DNA of 64,000 nucleotides from Escherichia coli (GTDB lineage Bacteria; Pseudomonadota; Gammaproteobacteria; Enterobacterales; Enterobacteriaceae): NCBI RefSeq assembly GCF_003334405.1, contig NZ_QOWM01000002.1; one strand, 5' to 3'. Shown piece by piece: positions 57,315 to 64,000 of this stretch (position 1 is its first letter; each line of letters starts with the position of its first letter). The notes under the pieces were generated by a model. It saw only the letters and a program-made list of their open reading frames with translations, ran no database searches and was not told where the DNA came from. The position numbers and the translations under genes were made by a program.

Positions 57315-58280
57315 TTATCCACCCCGCTGCTTATCATGCCGATAATTCACCCAGGCGTTGATAATAAACGTCATCACCAGAATGCCAAACACCACGCCCA
57401 GCGAGACGGCGATTGGAATATGGTAGAAGTCGACAATCAGCATCTTGATACCGATAAACACCAGAATCACCGCCAGGCCATATTTGAGCATCGAGAAACG
57501 CTCTGCTACGCCCGCCAGCAGGAAATACATCGCACGCAGGCCGAGGATCGCAAACAGGTTTGAGGTCAGCACAATGAACGGGTCAGTGGTCACGGCGAAG
57601 ATAGCCGGAATGCTATCCACGGCGAAAATCACGTCGCTCAATTCCACCAGAATCAGTACCAGCATCAGCGGTGTGGCGTACAGCAATCCATTCTTACGCA
57701 CAAAGAAATGCTCGTTGTCGATGGTGTCGGTCATGCGCAAATGACCGCGTAGCCAGCGCACCAGCGGCTTGTCGCCAATGCCTGATTCATCTTCATGGGC
57801 GAGCGCCATCTTCACGCCGGTAAACAGCAGGAAGGCACCGAAGATATACAGGATCCAGTCGAACTGCGAAATTAGCCAGCTGCCAGTGAAGATCATGATG
57901 GTACGCAGAACAATCGCCCCGAGCACGCCATACACCAGCACGCGGCGTTGTAATGCCGCCGGAACAGAGAAATAGCTGAACAACATCAGCCAGACAAAGA
58001 CGTTATCGACCGCCAGCGATTTCTCAATCAGATAACCTGTGAGAAAGGCCAGTGCCTGTGGATCGGCAACGGCGCGACCTTCGGTTTGCACCAGATACCA
58101 CCAGAAAGCGGCGTTAAACAGTAACGACAGCGTCACCCAGACCAGCGACCAGGCCGCAGCCTGTTTCATGGTCATGGCATGTGCCCCACGACGCCCCTGC
58201 AACAACAGGTCGATAGCCAGCATAATGGCGACAACAACAGCGAATCCGCCCCATAGCAACGGCGTGCCGACAGTATTCAT
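57315..58280 (-). CDS. alx: TerC-family membrane protein Alx (putative Mn2+/redox-linked exporter)
   Basis: 321-aa [55 protein letters not shown]..., TerC family. Confidence 0.9.
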
Positions 58281-58297
58281 AGAAGTTCCTTACACAT

Positions 58298-58330
58298 AAA
58301 AAAACGGCCAACGTCGGAAGACGTCAGCCG
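58298..58330 (-). terminator. Attenuator-like intrinsic terminator in the alx leader, just upstream of its ribosome-binding site
   Basis: Minus-strand RNA cggcugacgucuuccgacguuggccg followed by U7, then auguguaaggaacuucuAUG. Confidence 0.6.
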
Positions 58331-58500
58331 CTGCTTTTTATGCATAGACCTCGCCTTCCGGCAAGGTCTCACTTACAACAAAAAAGGAATACGTCTGCGT
58401 ATTCCTTTCGGGTTGCCCGGTGACCGGATGTGTTTTTTCACACATCGTAATGACGATCGACCGGCAATGAAGTTACTCCCCTTTGCAGGTAACAAAGTAT
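58331..58500 (-). ncRNA. Structured alx 5-prime leader (yybP-ykoY / PRE-type riboswitch region)
   Basis: Minus-strand leader contains GGGGAGUA (complement of tactcccc at 58474..58481) and a downstream gagaccuugccgg segment, matching conserved parts of the yybP-ykoY motif known upstream of alx. Boundaries approximate. Confidence 0.55.
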
Positions 58501-58562
58501 GACAGACCATTCAGCCAGTCAATGGTCTGTTACATACCTTTTACACTGTTTTACTTTGGCAA

Positions 58563-59549
58563 TTATAGTTTTACGCTATCTGCCGGAAAAATCACCCCAG
58601 TCTGGCGGCGGATCTCGGTCAGCAGTTTGGCGGTGATGCGACTGACCGCCAGCCCTGGATGATCCACCAGATGCTCATCCACCAGGGTAGCGAACAGCTC
58701 TGCTTCGTAGAGCATGGTATTAATATGCTGCGGCTGGGTGAGATCCTGCATTTGGCTGCCACGCGGCACGAAGCACACTTTCTGGCATTCAGACAGTTTT
58801 TCAATCACCAGCGATCCTGCTTCGCCCTGAATCTCGCTCGCCAGGACAGAATCACTGACTTTTGAGTGCTGCAAGGTGACGCTGAAATCACCGTAATCCA
58901 TCACCACCACGCCCTGGGCGTCAACGCCGCTTGCCAGCAAACTGGCGGTTGCCTGCACGCTTTTCGGCTCACCAAATAACGCCACCGCCGACGCCAGACA
59001 GTAAAAACCGATATCCATAATTGAACCGTTAGAGAATGCCGGATTAAAGGTGTTGGGATTCTCACCATCCAGGTAACGTTGATACCGCGAGGAATACTGG
59101 CAATAGTTGAAAAAGACTTTCCGCAGTTTGCCGACTTTCGGCAGCGCCTGGCGCAACAAATGAAAGTTCGGCAGGCAGGCGGTTTTAAATGCCTCAAACA
59201 GCACCACCTGATTTTCCCGCGCACAGGCAATGGCGGCATCCACTTCCGCCAGATTCGACGCCAGCGGTTTCTCGCAAATCACATTAATTTTATGGCTAAG
59301 GAAAAGTTGTGTCTGGGAAAAATGCAGGGAATTCGGGCTGGCAATATACACCGCGTCAATGGCATCGCTTTCCGCCATCGCTTCCAGCGAGGTAAACAGA
59401 TGCTCGACAGAAAAATCATTGGCGAAGTGCTGGGCCTGTTCAAGGCTGCGGGAATATACGGCGGTTAACTTGTATTTACCGCTCTCATGGGCGGCCTCGA
59501 CGAACTGGCGAGTGATCCAGTTCGTACCAATCACAGCGAAACGTATCAT
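58563..59549 (-). CDS. ygjR: Gfo/Idh/MocA-family NAD(P)-dependent oxidoreductase
   Basis: Track ORF trimmed to ATG at 59549 (MIRFAVIGTNWITRQFVEAAHESGKYKLTAVYSRSL...), Rossmann N-terminus. Confidence 0.8.
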   Translation of the reverse strand: MIRFAVIGTNWITRQFVEAAHESGKYKLTAVYSRSLEQAQHFANDFSVEHLFTSLEAMAESDAIDAVYIASPNSLHFSQTQLFLSHKINVICEKPLASNLAEVDAAIACARENQVVLFEAFKTACLPNFHLLRQALPKVGKLRKVFFNYCQYSSRYQRYLDGENPNTFNPAFSNGSIMDIGFYCLASAVALFGEPKSVQATASLLASGVDAQGVVVMDYGDFSVTLQHSKVSDSVLASEIQGEAGSLVIEKLSECQKVCFVPRGSQMQDLTQPQHINTMLYEAELFATLVDEHLVDHPGLAVSRITAKLLTEIRRQTGVIFPADSVKL

Positions 59550-59627
59550 AACGCGTGGATACTCCATAAAGGGATTCTGTCGTCAATGTAGCACGCCTTT
59601 TTCATCTTCGACGTGCGCAGATACGCA

Positions 59628-60320
59628 TTATTTCTGCGCCGGACAGCCATGCTCACTAAACGGCCCAATCATGACCGAAGGCCCGAGATATTTCGGCTGG
59701 CGATGGAGGATTTTGGCGTCAATCACGGCGCTGACACGAGCGAGTTTCTCCCGCAGTTGAGTATAAAAACCGTGCTTCATATTGAGGTCTGGCGCGTTAA
59801 AACCGATAGCGTCGATGCCGTACTGTTTTGCCAGCCAGATGGCGCGTTGATTATGAAATTCTTGCGAGATAATGGTGATATGGTTTTCACCAAAAACCTT
59901 TTTGGCACGCACTACCGAATCCAGCGTTGAGAATCCGGCATAGTCGCAGAAGATCACTTTTGCTGGTACGCCTTTAGCGATCAAAGCCTGCTGCATACCT
60001 GATGCTTCATCGTAATTTTTACGTCCGTTATCGCCACTTACCAGCAGCCATTTCACTTTTCCGGCGTGGTACAACGCTGCTGCGGTATCAATACGTCGGG
60101 TAAAGTAGCGATTACCCGGCCTCGCCCCCAGCAATAAACCCACGTTACGCGCCGGAACGGCGTTGACATCGCTCCAGGTCAGCTGTTTGCTGGCGTTGAC
60201 CATTACGCGATCGGCGATAAGGATGGTCGCTCCTGCCACAAGTAACAGTAAGCAGGCAATCTTTAGAGTCCGGCGAGAAAAACAAATACGGAGAAGAAGG
60301 CGGGCAAATGCGCGCAGCAT
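59628..60320 (-). CDS. ygjQ: DUF218-domain membrane-anchored protein
   Basis: 230-aa [52 protein letters not shown]... Confidence 0.8.
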
Positions 60321-60396
60321 GGTCGTTATCCTTAACGAAAGGGGGGAGGTCGATTTTAGGCGCTAAAGAAAGAAAAGATAACGCCTGACATCATTT

Positions 60397-60900
60397 TCAG
60401 ATTTTGTTCTGCCCAAGCGACAACTGCGTTAGCCACAGTCGGGTGTCGAACTCAAGCTGGTGGTACTGGGGTTCCATATGACAACACAACTGGTAAAACG
60501 CTTTGTTATGCTCTTTCTCCTTCAGGTGCGCCAGCTCGTGCACCACTATCATGCGCAAAAACGGTTCCGGCGCGTTGCGAAACACGGTAGCGACGCGGAT
60601 CTCCACCTTTGCTTTCAGCTTGCCGCCCTGCACACGAGAAACAGCGGTATGTAACCCGAGCGCGTTTTTTAGCACATGGATCTTATTGTCATACATCACT
60701 TTATTGATCGGCGGGGCATTACGCAGAAACTGATTTTTCAGATCCTGAGTATATTGCCAGAGGGCTTTATCGGTGGCGTAGTCGTGTGTTCCCGGATAGC
60801 GTTTTGCCAGCACATCGCCCAGACGCTGTTCGTTAATCAGTGTTCGCACCTGGGAAAGTAGCTGCTCGGGATAACCCTGAAGATAAGTAAGATTGCTCAT
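60397..60900 (-). CDS. ygjP: Metal-dependent hydrolase (DUF45 / WLM-like zincin; HEXXH present)
   Basis: Track ORF trimmed to ATG at 60900 ([25 protein letters not shown]...), 167 aa, contains [10 protein letters not shown]. Confidence 0.8.
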   Translation of the reverse strand: MSNLTYLQGYPEQLLSQVRTLINEQRLGDVLAKRYPGTHDYATDKALWQYTQDLKNQFLRNAPPINKVMYDNKIHVLKNALGLHTAVSRVQGGKLKAKVEIRVATVFRNAPEPFLRMIVVHELAHLKEKEHNKAFYQLCCHMEPQYHQLEFDTRLWLTQLSLGQNKI

Positions 60901-60984
60901 AACCGCCCACGAAAAAGAGAAAAAGGGTATACTCACGCACCCTTTTCAGGGGCAATGTCGAAATTTTATCATTCAGGAGGGCCG

Positions 60985-62121
60985 ATGAGCCACTTAGACA
61001 ACGGTTTCCGTTCACTGACACTACAACGTTTTCCGGCGACGGATGACGTTAACCCGCTACAGGCGTGGGAAGCGGCGGATGAATATTTGCTGCAACAGTT
61101 GGACGACACAGAAATCCGCGGCCCGGTGTTGATCCTGAATGATGCCTTTGGTGCGTTAAGCTGCGCACTGGCGGAACATAAGCCGTACAGCATTGGCGAC
61201 TCATACATCAGTGAACTGGCGACGCGCGAGAATTTACGCCTCAACGGGATTGATGAGTCGAGCGTGAAGTTTCTCGACAGCACCGCCGACTACCCGCAAC
61301 AGCCGGGTGTGGTGCTGATCAAAGTGCCGAAAACACTGGCATTGCTGGAACAGCAACTGCGTGCGCTGCGCAAAGTGGTCACGTCGGATACACGTATTAT
61401 TGCCGGTGCCAAGGCCCGTGACATTCACACTTCCACGCTGGAACTGTTCGAAAAAGTGCTCGGCCCAACCACCACCACGCTGGCATGGAAAAAAGCGCGC
61501 CTGATTAATTGCACTTTCAATGAACCGCAGCTGGCCGATGCGCCGCAGACCGTTAGCTGGAAGCTGGAAGGTACTGACTGGACTATCCACAACCATGCGA
61601 ATGTCTTCTCCCGCACCGGGCTTGATATCGGCGCGCGCTTCTTTATGCAACATCTGCCAGAGAATCTCGAAGGGGAGATTGTCGATCTCGGTTGCGGTAA
61701 TGGCGTTATTGGTCTGACGCTGCTTGATAAAAACCCGCAGGCGAAAGTGGTGTTTGTCGATGAATCGCCGATGGCGGTTGCTTCCAGCCGTTTGAACGTT
61801 GAAACCAACATGCCAGAGGCGTTGGATCGCTGCGAGTTTATGATCAACAACGCGCTCTCCGGCGTGGAGCCTTTCCGCTTTAATGCTGTGCTCTGCAACC
61901 CGCCGTTTCACCAACAACATGCGCTGACCGATAACGTCGCCTGGGAGATGTTCCACCACGCCCGCCGCTGCCTGAAAATCAACGGCGAGCTGTATATCGT
62001 TGCCAACCGTCACCTGGATTACTTCCATAAACTGAAGAAGATTTTCGGCAACTGCACCACTATTGCGACGAATAATAAATTTGTGGTACTGAAAGCGGTG
62101 AAGCTGGGACGTCGTCGGTAA
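60985..62121 (+). CDS. rlmG: 23S rRNA m2G1835 methyltransferase
   Basis: Track ORF trimmed to ATG at 60985 ([39 protein letters not shown]...), 378 aa, tandem methyltransferase domains with SAM motif [11 protein letters not shown]. Confidence 0.9.
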   Translation: MSHLDNGFRSLTLQRFPATDDVNPLQAWEAADEYLLQQLDDTEIRGPVLILNDAFGALSCALAEHKPYSIGDSYISELATRENLRLNGIDESSVKFLDSTADYPQQPGVVLIKVPKTLALLEQQLRALRKVVTSDTRIIAGAKARDIHTSTLELFEKVLGPTTTTLAWKKARLINCTFNEPQLADAPQTVSWKLEGTDWTIHNHANVFSRTGLDIGARFFMQHLPENLEGEIVDLGCGNGVIGLTLLDKNPQAKVVFVDESPMAVASSRLNVETNMPEALDRCEFMINNALSGVEPFRFNAVLCNPPFHQQHALTDNVAWEMFHHARRCLKINGELYIVANRHLDYFHKLKKIFGNCTTIATNNKFVVLKAVKLGRRR

Positions 62122-62136
62122 GATTGGGAGTTACCT

Positions 62137-62224
<88 letters not shown>

Positions 62225-62340
62225 TGTCTGCCCAGTTCTGGAATCGCGCTTCCATAAAACAAAAAATCCCTGTCACCATCGTCTACATTCTCTTGTTTAG
62301 CGTTTTTCTACGTTTATTCTTCCGTCACACAGATAAATTC

Positions 62341-62393
62341 ATCCGTTGCCAATCTGGCAACGGATGTTATCATATTGCCAATTTGTCAACGGA
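62341..62393. promoter_or_regulatory. higBA promoter/operator region with a perfect palindrome
   Basis: catccgttgcca-atc-tggcaacggatg (12-bp perfect arms) at 62341..62367, followed by a related imperfect repeat ttgccaatttgtcaacgg, 12 bp upstream of the higB ATG. Confidence 0.5.
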
Positions 62394-62404
62394 CGTGATG
62401 AAGA

Positions 62405-62719
62405 ATGCACCTGATAACTCAAAAAGCATTGAAAGATGCTGCGGAAAAATACCCGCAACATAAAACGGAGTTGGTGGCTCTGGGGAACACGATTGCTAAG
62501 GGATATTTCAAAAAACCTGAGTCATTAAAAGCAGTATTCCCATCTCTGGATAACTTCAAATATCTGGATAAGCATTATGTTTTCAATGTTGGGGGCAATG
62601 AATTACGTGTTGTAGCAATGGTCTTTTTTGAATCGCAAAAGTGCTACATACGTGAAGTTATGACGCATAAAGAATACGATTTCTTTACCGCTGTTCATCG
62701 TACTAAGGGGAAAAAATGA
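62405..62719 (+). CDS. higB: Type II toxin HigB (RelE-like mRNA interferase)
   Basis: 104-aa ORF MHLITQKALKDAAEKYPQHKTELVALGNTIAKGYFKKPESLK...; its stop overlaps the higA start (ATGA). Confidence 0.85.
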   Translation: MHLITQKALKDAAEKYPQHKTELVALGNTIAKGYFKKPESLKAVFPSLDNFKYLDKHYVFNVGGNELRVVAMVFFESQKCYIREVMTHKEYDFFTAVHRTKGKK

Positions 62720-63132
62720 TTGCGATTGCCGACATCTTGCAAGCAGGAGAAAAGCTAACTGCTGTGGCACCTTTTCTGGCGGGTATTCAGAACGAGGAAC
62801 AATACACCCAGGCGCTGGAACTGGTAGATCATCTGCTGCTCAACGATCCTGAAAACCCCTTGCTGGATCTGGTGTGTGCCAAAATAACCGCGTGGGAAGA
62901 ATCAGCGCCCGAATTTGCGGAATTTAATGCCATGGCTCAAGCCATGCCTGGCGGTATAGCCGTGATTCGTACCCTTATGGATCAATATGGTTTAACCCTT
63001 TCCGATCTGCCGGAAATTGGCAGTAAATCTATGGTGTCACGCGTTTTGAGCGGGAAGAGGAAATTAACGCTGGAACACGCTAAAAAATTGGCAACGCGAT
63101 TCGGCATTTCTCCCGCCTTGTTTATTGATTAA
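62716..63132 (+). CDS. higA: Type II antitoxin HigA (HTH-XRE)
   Basis: 138-aa ORF MIAIADILQAGEKLTAVAPFLAGIQNEEQYTQALELVDHLL... with a C-terminal HTH-like region. Confidence 0.85.
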   Translation: MIAIADILQAGEKLTAVAPFLAGIQNEEQYTQALELVDHLLLNDPENPLLDLVCAKITAWEESAPEFAEFNAMAQAMPGGIAVIRTLMDQYGLTLSDLPEIGSKSMVSRVLSGKRKLTLEHAKKLATRFGISPALFID

Positions 63133-63140
63133 CGCGACGT

Positions 63141-63163
63141 GCCGGATGCGTTGCATCCGGCGC
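63141..63163. repeat. Short REP-like palindrome
   Basis: gccggatgcgttgcatccggcgc between higA and the convergent fadH. Confidence 0.5.
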
Positions 63164-63176
63164 TTCAAATAACGAT

Positions 63177-64000
63177 TTAAATCTCCAGCGCCAGCCGTGT
63201 TCCCTGGGCAATTGCCCGTCGTGCGTCCAGCTCCATAGCCACATCGCAGCCGCCAATTAAATGCACCGTTTTCCCGCTATCAATCAGCGGTTGCGCCAGC
63301 GCGCGGTTTGGCTCTTGCCCTGCGCAGATCACCACATTGTCCACTGCTAATACCTGCGTTTCGCCGTTGATCACCACATGCAGCCCGTCATCGTCAATCT
63401 TCTGATAACTTACGCCTGGGATCATTTTCACACCCCGCGAGAGCAGGGTGGTGCGATGGATCCAGCCGGTGGTTTTGCCTAACCCCTGTCCTGGTTTGCT
63501 GGCTTTGCGCTGGAGCATCACAATCTGCCGTGGGCTACGGGGGATCTGCATTCCCTGCGGGCTTAAGCCACCAGCCTGTTGTAGGCTACTGTCGATCCCC
63601 CATTCATTACAGAACCCGGCGATATTCTGGCTGGTGGATTCGCCCGGCTGACTTAAATACATCGCCGTATCAAAACCAATCCCGCCACAACCGATGATGG
63701 CAACTTTGTTGCCAACCGGCGCTTTGTCGCGCAGTACATCGAGATAACTCAATACCTTCGGATGATCGATCCCGTCGATGGGCGGAGTGCGCGGCACGAT
63801 CCCACTGGCGAGGATCGTTTCATCGAAAGCATGTAACTGATCCGCCGTCACGGTGTGATTGAGTTTTAGCGTCACGCCCGTCACTTCGATCATCCGGCGG
63901 TAATAGCGCAGCGTTTCGTAAAACTCCTCTTTGCCGGGGATCTGTTTGGCGATATTAAACTGCCCGCCAATCTCGCTATGAGCGTCAAACAATGTTACCT
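63177..64000 (-). CDS. fadH: 2,4-dienoyl-CoA reductase (C-terminal part; gene continues beyond the window end)
   Basis: Minus-strand frame open to the window edge; the C-terminal region (…VAIIGCGGIGFDTAMYL…, …LIGGCDVAMELDARRAIAQGTRLALEI) matches the FAD/NAD-binding domain of FadH; stop at 63177. Confidence 0.9.
   Translation of the reverse strand, partial: VTLFDAHSEIGGQFNIAKQIPGKEEFYETLRYYRRMIEVTGVTLKLNHTVTADQLHAFDETILASGIVPRTPPIDGIDHPKVLSYLDVLRDKAPVGNKVAIIGCGGIGFDTAMYLSQPGESTSQNIAGFCNEWGIDSSLQQAGGLSPQGMQIPRSPRQIVMLQRKASKPGQGLGKTTGWIHRTTLLSRGVKMIPGVSYQKIDDDGLHVVINGETQVLAVDNVVICAGQEPNRALAQPLIDSGKTVHLIGGCDVAMELDARRAIAQGTRLALEI

Noticed and set aside
57131-57361. 76-aa plus-strand ORF spanning the GC-rich palindrome between sstT and alx
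   Set aside because: Its reading frame is generated by the palindromic GC-rich repeat (translates to a Gly/Pro/Arg-rich low-complexity peptide) and has no ribosome-binding site; almost certainly not coding.

Overview
This 64-kb window reads as a contiguous, gene-dense stretch of an Escherichia coli-type chromosome, running from lpoA to fadH in reverse orientation relative to the usual K-12 map. I recognise essentially every ORF by its protein sequence and find no convincing evidence for an undescribed system. Gene order along the window: lpoA (partial), rsmI, the yraHIJK chaperone-usher fimbrial operon, a complete aga/kba N-acetylgalactosamine/galactosamine locus with divergent agaR, the prlF-yhaV toxin-antitoxin pair, garD and garPLRK, rnpB (RNase P RNA) with its 113-bp 3-prime tandem repeats, the AT-rich yhaB-yhaC pair, tdcR and tdcABCDEFG, cyuP-cyuA, yhaL/K/J/I/H, yqjG/F/K/E/D/C, mzrA, yqjA, exuR, exuT, uxaCA, ygjV, sstT, alx with its structured leader, ygjR/Q/P, rlmG, higBA and the 3-prime part of fadH (partial). 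The aga locus is intact (full agaA, agaE, agaF, agaW), so this is not the K-12 deleted form. The least-understood pieces are the AT-rich yhaB-yhaC islet beside rnpB, a GC-rich nested palindrome between alx and sstT, and an intrinsic terminator between yhaH and yqjG that points against both flanking genes. All identifications rest on reading the ORF translations and the sequence by eye; no database search was run. The ORF track allows GTG/TTG starts, so where its first codon was not ATG or gave an N-terminal extension I trimmed to an internal ATG and say so in the evidence.
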